Positions 39,085 through 47,728 of a stretch of 64,000 nucleotides of DNA are shown in pieces. This stretch comes from Candidatus Moraniibacteriota bacterium (lineage in GTDB: Bacteria > Patescibacteriota > Minisyncoccia > Moranbacterales > UBA2206). The notes below the pieces were generated by a model. That model saw only the letters and a program-made list of their open reading frames with translations. It did not search any database and had not been told where the DNA came from. The stretch's first letter is position 1. Every line of letters starts with the position of its first letter. Location: contig JAAXWW010000001.1 in NCBI GenBank assembly GCA_013334765.1, forward strand, positions 39,816-103,815, given 5' to 3'. The translations under genes and the position numbers were made by a program.

Positions 39085-40143
39085 ATGGCAAACATAAAAA
39101 ACAAAGAGATGGACAAGAAAGTGGACAACGTTGTTTCCGAGATCCGTGAAAAATTCGGAGAGGGAATAATCATGAAGCTGGGGGATGTGAAGAAGGTCGA
39201 TGTGGAGTCGATTCCGACCGGATCGATTTCGCTTGATTTGGCGTTGGGAATCGGCGGAATCCCAAGGGGTCGCGCGATCGAAATATATGGACCGGAATCT
39301 TCCGGGAAAACAACGCTTACTCTTCACTTGATTGCCAATCTGCAGAAAACCGGTGGCGTGGCTGCCTTTGTGGATGCGGAGCATGCTCTCGATCCTGAAT
39401 ATGCCAGGAAAATAGGAGTGAATATCAATGACCTTCTAATTTCTCAGCCGGATTATGGCGAGCAGGCATTGGATGTGGTCGATGCTCTTGCGTCTTCCGG
39501 TCAGGTCGGATTGATCGTGGTCGACTCTGTGGCTGCTTTGGTTCCGAAAGCGGAAATCGAAGGCGATATGGGAGATCATCATGTCGGCAGGCAGGCGCGT
39601 CTTATGTCGCAGGCTCTCAGGAAGATAACGCCGACTCTTTCAAAAACGAATTGCACGGTTATCTTTATCAATCAGATAAGGATGAAAATCGGAGTGATGT
39701 TCGGAAACCCTGAGACGACAACCGGAGGAGAAGCGCTCAAATTCTATTCATCCGTCCGCATCGAAGTGCGGCGAAGCGCGCAGATCAAGAAAGGCGAGGA
39801 TATCGTCGGGAACCGTACCAAGATCAAGGTAGTGAAGAACAAGGTGGCGCCGCCTTTCAAAACGACTGAATTCGATATCATGTATAACGAAGGGATTTCT
39901 TCCGAAGGGGATGTTCTCGACACGGGAGTGAAATACGAAGTGGTCACCAAGAAGGGCAATTCCTATTCTTTCGGAGAGGAGAAACTGGGCGTCGGTCGCG
40001 AAGCGGCCAAGGCCTATCTCAAAGGACAAAAAGGAAAGGTGGATGAGATTGCCAAAAAGATCATGGAAAAGACCAAAGAGATAGAGGCCGGCGAGATGCT
40101 TCCGGAGGCATCTGAGGAGCCAGCGGAAGCCAAGAAAAAATAG
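39085..40143 (+). CDS. recA: recombinase RecA
   Basis: [45 protein letters not shown]. Confidence 0.98.
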   Translation: MANIKNKEMDKKVDNVVSEIREKFGEGIIMKLGDVKKVDVESIPTGSISLDLALGIGGIPRGRAIEIYGPESSGKTTLTLHLIANLQKTGGVAAFVDAEHALDPEYARKIGVNINDLLISQPDYGEQALDVVDALASSGQVGLIVVDSVAALVPKAEIEGDMGDHHVGRQARLMSQALRKITPTLSKTNCTVIFINQIRMKIGVMFGNPETTTGGEALKFYSSVRIEVRRSAQIKKGEDIVGNRTKIKVVKNKVAPPFKTTEFDIMYNEGISSEGDVLDTGVKYEVVTKKGNSYSFGEEKLGVGREAAKAYLKGQKGKVDEIAKKIMEKTKEIEAGEMLPEASEEPAEAKKK

Positions 40144-40253
40144 TTAGAATTCTTACAGAAAAGCGTCCCGCCACGGTGAGGCGCTTTTCTTGATTTATTT
40201 CTCTTCTTTGGCTAGACTGGAAGAAAGTTAATTTTTTATGTTTTCTAAAGTTT

Positions 40254-40868
40254 ATGGAAAATCATCCAAAGAAAGAAAGGACGCTGGTTATCATCAAGCC
40301 GGACGGAGTGCAAAGAACCCTCATTGGGGAAATCATCAAACGCTATGAGAGAGTGGGGCTCAAAATGGTCGCCCTTAAGATGCTTGCCGCTACTGAAGAG
40401 ATGGCGACGAAGCACTATTATGAAGTGGGAGGAGATGAATGGCTCGAAGAAGTGGGAAGGAAAGCCGCGGCGGCTTATGAGAAGAAAGGGATGAAATCTC
40501 CGTATCCGACTTTCAAAGATAACGGAATCGCTATCATGAAAGCCAATGCGAAATATCTGAGTTCCGGTCCGGTCATCGCGATGATCTGGCAAGGGAACAA
40601 TGCGACCGCATTGGTCAGGAAAATCACCGGAAGCACCGAGCCGGCATCATCTGATATGGGAACAATCCGCGGAGATTTCACCTTGGATACATATATGATT
40701 GCCGATACTGATGAAAGAAGCATCAGGAACCTGATTCATGCTTCTGGAAACACGGAAGAGGCGGAAAAGGAAATTCCGATCTGGTTCAAACCGGAAGAAA
40801 TCCTGAGCTATCGCCTTATCGCCGATGAGATTCTTTACGATATCAATCTGGACGGGATATTGGAATAG
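40254..40868 (+). CDS. ndk: nucleoside diphosphate kinase
   Basis: ERTLVIIKPDGVQR, GTIRGDF, NLIHAS. Confidence 0.93.
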   Translation: MENHPKKERTLVIIKPDGVQRTLIGEIIKRYERVGLKMVALKMLAATEEMATKHYYEVGGDEWLEEVGRKAAAAYEKKGMKSPYPTFKDNGIAIMKANAKYLSSGPVIAMIWQGNNATALVRKITGSTEPASSDMGTIRGDFTLDTYMIADTDERSIRNLIHASGNTEEAEKEIPIWFKPEEILSYRLIADEILYDINLDGILE

Positions 40869-41013
40869 GTTAAGGCTCATACAAACGTTTGAAAAAATGC
40901 TCGCATTCTTCAGAAATGCGGGCATTTTTTATTTTCCATAGGCTGTAGGCAGATATTATTTTGCACATCATCTCATTTGATGTATAATAGGGTTGTTATT
41001 ATAGAAAATAAAA

Positions 41014-41304
41014 ATGTACTACGAGCCGAAAAAAATAAATTATAATAAACTAGTCATTCTCGTTATTGTTATTGTGACGCTGGCAATGTTTTTGATTATT
41101 GCTGTGCCGCTGATTGGCAATAAAAACAACAACAAAGAAACTGACTTGACAGCGCCGAACGATTATGAAAAAGATGAACGGCAGAAGAACTTGAGCGAGC
41201 AAGTGGATAAAATTGAAAGCATAAAATCAAGCATGACTGACAAGAACGACAAGACGCTTGAACAGCAAATGAAAGAGATGGACACAATTAGGAATGGCAA
41301 ATAA
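41014..41304 (+). CDS. hypothetical single-TM protein
   Basis: N-terminal hydrophobic helix, charged tail. Confidence 0.6.
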   Translation: MYYEPKKINYNKLVILVIVIVTLAMFLIIAVPLIGNKNNNKETDLTAPNDYEKDERQKNLSEQVDKIESIKSSMTDKNDKTLEQQMKEMDTIRNGK

Positions 41305-41338
41305 ATGTTTAGGCGATAATAATTTTAAAATAATAAGC

Positions 41339-42064
41339 ATGAGAATGAAAATAAAAAAAGCGATACTAGCTATTCCGGCAGTGTCGTCATGGATGATTCT
41401 CGGAATAATTATCGGGGCATGGGTGCATTTTTCCAACGCATGGGTCGGGCCGACCGAGTCTCCTGCGGGCGGGAATGTCGGAGCTCCGATAAATACCAGT
41501 CAAAATACTCAGGTCAAATCCGGAGGATTGGGGATAGGCGGACTTCTTCAAGTAGCTGGAAATGGATTTTTTCAATTGAATAATAACGTAGCTCAAGCGG
41601 ATCTTACCCCGGCTCCGGTTGGTACTGCTCCTGAGCCAGGCTCAGTCCTTACAGCGGTTGATACGAATGGTACTGCTGCTTGGGTTAAAGGTGTAAGCGC
41701 TGTGGCTGGGAGTCCCGCTTTCACTCTAGTTAGCGCGGGTAATATCAGTTGTCCAAGTGGTTATACTACATTCAAATCACACAATGATGCTCTTGAAAAC
41801 TACACTGTCCATGTCTTGATTTGTGCTAGCTCAAATTCCCCTTCGTCCTATCAGGACGAGTGCTTTTCTAATATTCCTGGCGCTAACGACTATGGAAGCG
41901 GTACTGCCCCAAATGTCAATACGAAGTGTCCCGATAGCTGTGCTTCCGGGTATAAAGTTGTTGCGGATAGTAGCATGAAAACGGGAACTTGGTGGGGAAG
42001 CGGCGATTCTGTCAATAATCCTAAAATCAACGTGATGGCTACACGCGTTTGTGTCAAGGAATAA
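41339..42064 (+). CDS. secreted/surface Cys-containing protein
   Basis: Signal/TM, WVGPTESPAGGNVGAPINTS...QVKSGG, Cys-rich C-terminus. Confidence 0.65.
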   Translation: MRMKIKKAILAIPAVSSWMILGIIIGAWVHFSNAWVGPTESPAGGNVGAPINTSQNTQVKSGGLGIGGLLQVAGNGFFQLNNNVAQADLTPAPVGTAPEPGSVLTAVDTNGTAAWVKGVSAVAGSPAFTLVSAGNISCPSGYTTFKSHNDALENYTVHVLICASSNSPSSYQDECFSNIPGANDYGSGTAPNVNTKCPDSCASGYKVVADSSMKTGTWWGSGDSVNNPKINVMATRVCVKE

Positions 42065-42088
42065 GAAAGAGTTTGTATTCCAGACTTC

Positions 42089-42131
42089 GAATAATAGAAA
42101 ATCCCGCTTTTGGCGGGATTTTCTATTATTC
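42089..42131. terminator. bidirectional terminator
   Basis: GAATAATAGAAAATCCCGC-TTTTG-GCGGGATTTTCTATTATTC. Confidence 0.8.
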
Positions 42132-42302
42132 AGCTTTCTTGTTCATGGTCTTCAGGCAGCGGGTGCAGATTTTCTTCCTTTCCCCTTCAACCTTCTTGCT
42201 TTGGAGGTTTATGCTGAATTTCCTAAGTGTTTTGACGTTGGAATGGCTGACGGCGTTTCCGGTCTGGGAACCGCGGCCGCAGATGTCGCATACTCGGCTC
42301 AT
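42126..42302 (-). CDS. rpmB: 50S ribosomal protein L28
   Basis: MSRVCDICG...GNAVSHSN..TLRKF..NLQ...CTRCLK. Confidence 0.95.
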   Translation of the reverse strand: MSRVCDICGRGSQTGNAVSHSNVKTLRKFSINLQSKKVEGERKKICTRCLKTMNKKAE

Positions 42303-42305
42303 AGT

Positions 42306-42381
42306 CATGAAACATGGAGCACGAAGCATAGAACGGAGTGGAACGAAATATTGTTCCATGTTCCATGTTATGTGTTACATG
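42306..42381. repeat. inverted arrays of degenerate heptamers
   Basis: CATGAAA CATGGAG CACGAAG CATAGAA ... TTCCATG TTCCATG TTATGTG TTACATG. Confidence 0.7.
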
Positions 42382-42444
42382 AGGTGGTTGATTTATTACA
42401 GAATATACGTTAGCATGGGATAGTAATATTTGCAAGAAACTGCC

Positions 42445-43140
42445 ATGGCGAACGAAATAGTCCTAGTCGTGTTCTATGTTATCATCCTGCTTTATTCGGT
42501 GATCATCCACGAGGTTTTTCATGGCATCGCGGCGATGTGGATGGGGGACAATACGGCCAAATATGCCGGACGCATCACTTTCAATCCTCTGAAACACATT
42601 GATCCGTGGCTGACTATCGGCATGCCGATGCTGATGCTTTTCCTGACCGGCGGTAAATTCGCCTTCGGTTCCGCCAAACCGGTGCCATATAACCCGTATA
42701 ATCTCAAGAATCAGAAATGGGGACCGGCGCTGGTGGCTCTTGCTGGGCCTGGCATAAATATCCTGATCGCCCTTATTGCGGCTATTGCAGCCAAGCTGAT
42801 AACCCTGCCTTTGGCTTCCAAAGTGGATATCATCTCCAATTTCAATGAATGGGGCAACATTTCCTATGCGATTTCCGGGTCTGTCGGAGCCATATTCTAT
42901 GAATTGCTGGTCATTATCATATTCTGGAACGTTTTTCTGGCCTTTTTCAATCTGATCCCGATTCCGCCGCTGGACGGTTCCAAGCTTCTTTTCGCGATTA
43001 TTCCAGTGAGTGTCGAAACCATGGCAATGCTTGAGCAATTCGGTTTCATTCTTCTGCTTTTCGCGATCTTCTTCTTTTCGGGACCGCTTGGCGCATTCCT
43101 GAACCTGATGCTCAATCTCTTTTTAGGGATAGCGATATAG
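42445..43140 (+). CDS. site-2 protease (M50) family
   Basis: HEVFH, NPLKHIDP, ALAGP, FNLIPIPPLDGSK. Confidence 0.93.
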   Translation: MANEIVLVVFYVIILLYSVIIHEVFHGIAAMWMGDNTAKYAGRITFNPLKHIDPWLTIGMPMLMLFLTGGKFAFGSAKPVPYNPYNLKNQKWGPALVALAGPGINILIALIAAIAAKLITLPLASKVDIISNFNEWGNISYAISGSVGAIFYELLVIIIFWNVFLAFFNLIPIPPLDGSKLLFAIIPVSVETMAMLEQFGFILLLFAIFFFSGPLGAFLNLMLNLFLGIAI

Positions 43141-43243
43141 GAAATACGGTAAAATATTGACAGTTTATCCATTATCCTATATGATTATTTTGCTAGTTTT
43201 CTAGCGTCTTTTTTTGTTAATTCTACAACCTACAATCATTGTT

Positions 43244-43663
43244 ATGCCAACGATCAATCAATTGAAACGCCGTCCGAGAAAGCCTCTTAGTGAAAAATCC
43301 AAAGCGCCTGCTTTCGGACATGTTTTTAATACCATAAAGAACAAGCCGATTTCGACTGAAAGCCCGTTCAAGCGAGGGGTGTGTCTCAAGGTTTCGACTA
43401 CCACCCCGAAGAAACCTAACTCGGCTCTTAGAAAGATCGCGAGGGTTCGCCTCACCAATGGAATGGAAGTTACCGCTTATATTCCAGGAATCGGGCATAA
43501 TCTTCAGGAACACTCAATCGTCATGCTGCGCGGAGGAAGAGTGAAAGACCTTCCGGGTGTGAGATATCACATCGTTCGCGGAGTGCTCGACACGGCCGGA
43601 ACTGCCGGAAGGAAAAGAGGACGCAGCAAATACGGAGCGAAGAAGGAAAAAGCGAAAGAATAA
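43244..43663 (+). CDS. rpsL: 30S ribosomal protein S12
   Basis: [28 protein letters not shown]. Confidence 0.98.
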   Translation: MPTINQLKRRPRKPLSEKSKAPAFGHVFNTIKNKPISTESPFKRGVCLKVSTTTPKKPNSALRKIARVRLTNGMEVTAYIPGIGHNLQEHSIVMLRGGRVKDLPGVRYHIVRGVLDTAGTAGRKRGRSKYGAKKEKAKE

Positions 43664-43716
43664 TCATAAAGTAAAGAACAGAGGTTTATAGATGGCTTAT
43701 AAACTTCCAACCAATT

Positions 43717-44184
43717 ATGGCACGAAGAAAAAGGACATTCGAAAAGCATGTAAAGCCGGACACCAAATACGGCAATTTGCTGGTGGGGAAATTCATCAAC
43801 AATATCATGCAGGAAGGAAAGAGGACCACAGCTGAAAAGATCATCTATGATTCATTCGACATAATCCATGAAAGGACCAAAAAGGGAGGGCTCAATATTT
43901 TCGAACAGGCCCTCAAGAACGTTTCTCCGCTGGTAGAGCTCAAAAGCCGCCGCGTCGGAGGAGCCAACTATCAGGTTCCTGTTCCGGTTGCCGGAGAAAG
44001 AAGGACGACGCTGGCTATCCGCTGGATAAAGGCTGCCGTCAAGAACAAGAAAGGCAAGAAAATGGCTGAGAAGCTGGCTGATGAGCTGATCGACGCTTCG
44101 AACAAGATCGGGGCTTCAATGAAGAAACGCGAAGATGTTCACAGGATGGCTGACGCTAACAAGGCGTTCGCTCACTTTGCATAA
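43717..44184 (+). CDS. rpsG: 30S ribosomal protein S7
   Basis: RRVGGANYQVP, HRMADANKAFAH. Confidence 0.98.
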   Translation: MARRKRTFEKHVKPDTKYGNLLVGKFINNIMQEGKRTTAEKIIYDSFDIIHERTKKGGLNIFEQALKNVSPLVELKSRRVGGANYQVPVPVAGERRTTLAIRWIKAAVKNKKGKKMAEKLADELIDASNKIGASMKKREDVHRMADANKAFAHFA

Positions 44185-44197
44185 AAGAGCACGAAAA

Positions 44198-44320
44198 GAA
44201 TTTGGGATTTTGAATTCAGAATTCGGAATGGGAATATAGGGACTGGAATCTGGAATGCTATTTCGGGTTTCTCCATTCTTTATTCTCGTTCTTGATTCTG
44301 AATACTTCGATCCCAGATTC
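44198..44320. repeat. inverted arrays of degenerate heptamers (GAATNNG / ATTC)
   Basis: GAATTTG GGATTTT GAATTCA GAATTCG ... CTTGATT ... CCCAGATTC between rpsG and fusA. Confidence 0.65.
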
Positions 44321-44355
44321 TTTTTTTAATATTTTTAAACAAGTAACAAAAAATA

Positions 44356-46443
44356 ATGGCAAGAAAGGAACCGATTGAAAAATATCGAAATATCGGAATC
44401 ATCGCGCATATCGATGGCGGGAAAACGACCACCACGGAGCGCATTTTGTTTTACACAGGAATAACCCACAAGATCGGAGAAGTGCATGAAGGCGCGGCTA
44501 CTATGGACTGGATGGAGCAGGAAAGGGAGCGCGGAATCACTATAACTTCTGCTGCTACGACCTGTTTTTGGAAAGATCACCAGATCAACATCATCGATAC
44601 CCCGGGACATGTCGACTTCACAGTCGAAGTGGAGAGATCCCTTCGCGTGCTTGACGGCGCCGTCGTCATTTTCGATGGGAAGGAAGGAGTCGAGCCGCAA
44701 TCGGAAACGGTTTGGAGGCAGGCTGACAAATACAATGTTCCAAGGATCTGCTTCGTGAACAAGATCGACAAAGAAGGTGCCGACTTCTATTTTGTCTTGA
44801 AAACCATCTGGGATCGTCTCACCCCGAATGCCATCGCTCTCCAGATTCCGATCGGAGAAAGAGGCGACTTTTCCGGTGTTGCGGATCTCGTCAAGATGAA
44901 AGCCTATTCATTTGAAGGCGATATGGGAGAAAAGGTTGTCGAAGGAGAAATCCCTGCCGAGCTCATGGACAAGGCCAAGGAGTGGAGAGAGAAAATGATC
45001 GAAAAGATTTCTGAGACTGACGAAGCCTTGACTGAGAAATATCTGAGCGGGGAAGAAATAACCGAGGCCGAATTGAAAGCGGCTCTGAGGCGCGCGGTCA
45101 TCGACGTCAAGCTCATCCCGGTTTTCACGGGAACGGCTCTTCGCAACAAAGGGGTGCAATTAGTGCTGGATGCAGTGGTTGACTATCTGCCGGCTCCGAC
45201 CGATGTGGCCGCTCCCCACGCGACCGATGTCAAAGATGAAACCAAGGATATCGAAATCAAGCAGGCCGATGAAGCGCCTTTTGCCGCTTTGGCTTTCAAA
45301 GTCGCAACCGATCCTTTTGTCGGGCAGTTGACATTCTTCCGGGTATATTCAGGAGTATTGAAAGCCGGATCATATATCCTCAACTCGTCGAAGGGAGAAA
45401 AGGAAAGGGTAGGACGCATCATGCAGATGCATTCCAATCACAGGGAGGAAATTTCCGAGATATATGCCGGCGGAATCGGCGCATTGGTCGGAATGAAAAA
45501 CACGACTACCGGAGACACGCTTTGCGATATCGACAAGCCGGTTCTTCTCGAGTCGATTACTTTCCCGGAACCGGTCATCTCGATCGCGATCGAACCGAAA
45601 ACCAAAGCCGACCAGGAAAAGATGGGCGTGGCGCTCAGGAAGCTTGCAGAGGAAGATCCTACTTTCAAAGTCCACACTGACGAAGAAACTGGGCAGACGA
45701 TCGTTTCCGGGATGGGCGAGCTTCATCTGGACATCATTGTCGACCGCATGAAGCGCGAATTCAAAGTTGAAGCCAATATCGGACAGCCTCAGGTCGCATA
45801 TCGCGAAACCATCAGAACGAAAGCGGAAGCGGAAGGGAAATATATCAAACAGTCCGGTGGACGCGGGCAATACGGTCATTGTTGGATCCGCTTGGAACCG
45901 CAAGAGCCGGGCGAAGGATTCGAATTCGTTGATGAGATCAAAGGAGGAGTCATTCCTCAGGAATATATCACTCCGATCGGAAAAGGAGTCAAGGAGGCTA
46001 TGGACAACGGAGTCGTGGCAGGATACCCGATGGTGGATATCAAAGCGACCGTGTATGACGGATCGTTCCATGAAGTCGACTCATCCGAAGCGGCCTTCAG
46101 GATTTCCGGATCCATGGCTTTCAAGGAAGCGGCTCGTCGAGCCAACCCGGTCCTTCTGGAGCCTATCATGAAGGTCCAGGTGACTACTCCGGAACAGTTC
46201 ATGGGTGATGTCGTCGGAGACTTGAATTCCAAGCGCGGAATCATCAGGGAGATGAATGACCGCGGCGAAGGGAACGCCAGAGTCAAGCTTATCGATGCCG
46301 AAGTGCCGCTTTCCGCGATGTTCGGCTATACCACTACTCTTCGTTCCATGACCCAGGGTCGCGCGACATCCTCGATGGAGTTCGGTCATTATGCCGAAGT
46401 TCCGAGGAATGTAGCGGAGGAAATCGTCGGAGGGAAGAAATAA
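44356..46443 (+). CDS. fusA: elongation factor G
   Basis: [37 protein letters not shown]. Confidence 0.98.
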   Translation: MARKEPIEKYRNIGIIAHIDGGKTTTTERILFYTGITHKIGEVHEGAATMDWMEQERERGITITSAATTCFWKDHQINIIDTPGHVDFTVEVERSLRVLDGAVVIFDGKEGVEPQSETVWRQADKYNVPRICFVNKIDKEGADFYFVLKTIWDRLTPNAIALQIPIGERGDFSGVADLVKMKAYSFEGDMGEKVVEGEIPAELMDKAKEWREKMIEKISETDEALTEKYLSGEEITEAELKAALRRAVIDVKLIPVFTGTALRNKGVQLVLDAVVDYLPAPTDVAAPHATDVKDETKDIEIKQADEAPFAALAFKVATDPFVGQLTFFRVYSGVLKAGSYILNSSKGEKERVGRIMQMHSNHREEISEIYAGGIGALVGMKNTTTGDTLCDIDKPVLLESITFPEPVISIAIEPKTKADQEKMGVALRKLAEEDPTFKVHTDEETGQTIVSGMGELHLDIIVDRMKREFKVEANIGQPQVAYRETIRTKAEAEGKYIKQSGGRGQYGHCWIRLEPQEPGEGFEFVDEIKGGVIPQEYITPIGKGVKEAMDNGVVAGYPMVDIKATVYDGSFHEVDSSEAAFRISGSMAFKEAARRANPVLLEPIMKVQVTTPEQFMGDVVGDLNSKRGIIREMNDRGEGNARVKLIDAEVPLSAMFGYTTTLRSMTQGRATSSMEFGHYAEVPRNVAEEIVGGKK

Positions 46444-46470
46444 CAAGGTGAAACACGTTTCAAATAGAAA

Positions 46471-46510
46471 GACAACCCCGAGCAATCGGGGTTGTTTCTA
46501 TCTTGTTTTT
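46471..46510 (+). terminator. intrinsic terminator after fusA
   Basis: ACAACCCCGA-GCAA-TCGGGGTTGT followed by a T-rich tract. Confidence 0.75.
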
Positions 46511-46528
46511 ATGCTAGAATAAGGACAT

Positions 46529-46756
46529 ATGAATTTTAGACAAGCCCTATTTTGGGATACGAATCCCTCTAAAATAGACCCGAAGAAAAACGCCGGATAT
46601 GTAATTGAGCGGGTTTTGGATTTGGGCAATGACAAAGAGGTCAAGTGGGTGCTGAAAAATTATAGCAAAGCAACACTCAAAAAAACGGTTGCTAAATCAA
46701 GGTCTTTATCTCCGCGAACAAAATCATTATGGAAGTTGATACTCAAAATGAAATAA
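46529..46756 (+). CDS. DUF6922-like putative antitoxin
   Basis: LFWD...YVIERVL..G.....W motif; overlaps the downstream nucleotidyltransferase gene. Confidence 0.75.
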   Translation: MNFRQALFWDTNPSKIDPKKNAGYVIERVLDLGNDKEVKWVLKNYSKATLKKTVAKSRSLSPRTKSLWKLILKMK

Positions 46757-47403
46757 GCTGGCATCTTTCCGCTTTGCCGCCAAAAACCAAAAAAGCCCTG
46801 GACTTTTTGTCCGCTCAGAAATGGCTGGAAAAATCAAGTTGGTATTTGGCGGGCGGCACTGCGCTTGCCCTTCAAGCAGGCCACAGAAAGTCCGTTGACT
46901 TGGATTTTTTTACTCAAGAAAGAGATTTCAATGATGTCACATTGCTGAATCATTTTGCTGGAAATAATGACTGGAAGATCACCATCAATCAAGAGGGTAC
47001 GGTTTATGGGGAATTGTTCGGGGCTAAGATCAGTTTTATTGCGTATCCCTTTTTTATTCCTGAGGGTTATGCAAAATACGGTTCATTGAAAGTGATCCGA
47101 TCTGTCGATGTTGCAGTGATGAAAATCATTGCGATTTCCCAGCGCGGCCGCAAGCGCGACTTCTTTGATCTTTACTGGTGCGCGAAAAATGTCGAACCTC
47201 TTGAGATAACGGCGAAGCGTCTTAAAAAACAATATCCGGCAGTGGCGCATGACTATCATCATATATTGAAAAGCTTGGTATATTTTGCCGATGCTGAGGA
47301 CGATCCGATGCCGGAAATAAAATTTAAGGCAAACTGGAGCGAAGTGAAGAAGTTCTTTATGAGGGAGGTCCCGGAGCTAGCGCATAAATTACTGGCGCCA
47401 TAA
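46729..47403 (+). CDS. AbiEii/AbiGii-type nucleotidyltransferase toxin
   Basis: YLAGGTALAL..GHRKSVDLDFF, MKIIAISQRG.KRDFFDLY, SLVYFADAE. Confidence 0.88.
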   Translation: MEVDTQNEISWHLSALPPKTKKALDFLSAQKWLEKSSWYLAGGTALALQAGHRKSVDLDFFTQERDFNDVTLLNHFAGNNDWKITINQEGTVYGELFGAKISFIAYPFFIPEGYAKYGSLKVIRSVDVAVMKIIAISQRGRKRDFFDLYWCAKNVEPLEITAKRLKKQYPAVAHDYHHILKSLVYFADAEDDPMPEIKFKANWSEVKKFFMREVPELAHKLLAP

Positions 47404-47579
47404 ACTAAACTCCAGTCAACTCAGAAGTCCTGCCACGGCGCTTTTCTTGCACGTTTTTCATATTGTGATAAAATATCTTCATAAAACAAAAAATCCATGA
47501 TTTCCGATATCAAAAAAAATCCGATAAGAAAAACTTCCATGACAGCCGGCCGGCTTCCGGTTTTTTGCGCGGATATGCC

Positions 47580-47590
47580 GGGGGGGGGGG
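47580..47590 (+). repeat. G11 homopolymer
   Basis: 11 consecutive G about 140 nt upstream of the 47729 ATG. Confidence 0.85.
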
Positions 47591-47728
47591 CTTAAAAGCG
47601 GAGCTTTCGGATTTTCAGCTGAAATAAGGGATTTTTTCGAATCAGGATATTTAACCATATAGGAACCGTCATCCGGTTCTTTTTTTTGTTTTCAAAAATA
47701 AAAATAATCCAAGATATCGACAAAAAAT

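Noticed and set aside
42306-44320. CRISPR array
   Set aside because: Units are 7 nt and degenerate with no spacers; no cas genes or 25-40 bp repeat arrays were seen in the window.
44398-44433. EF-G G1 motif AHIDGGKTT instead of AHIDAGKTT
   Set aside because: Single small-residue substitution; the rest of the protein is canonical.
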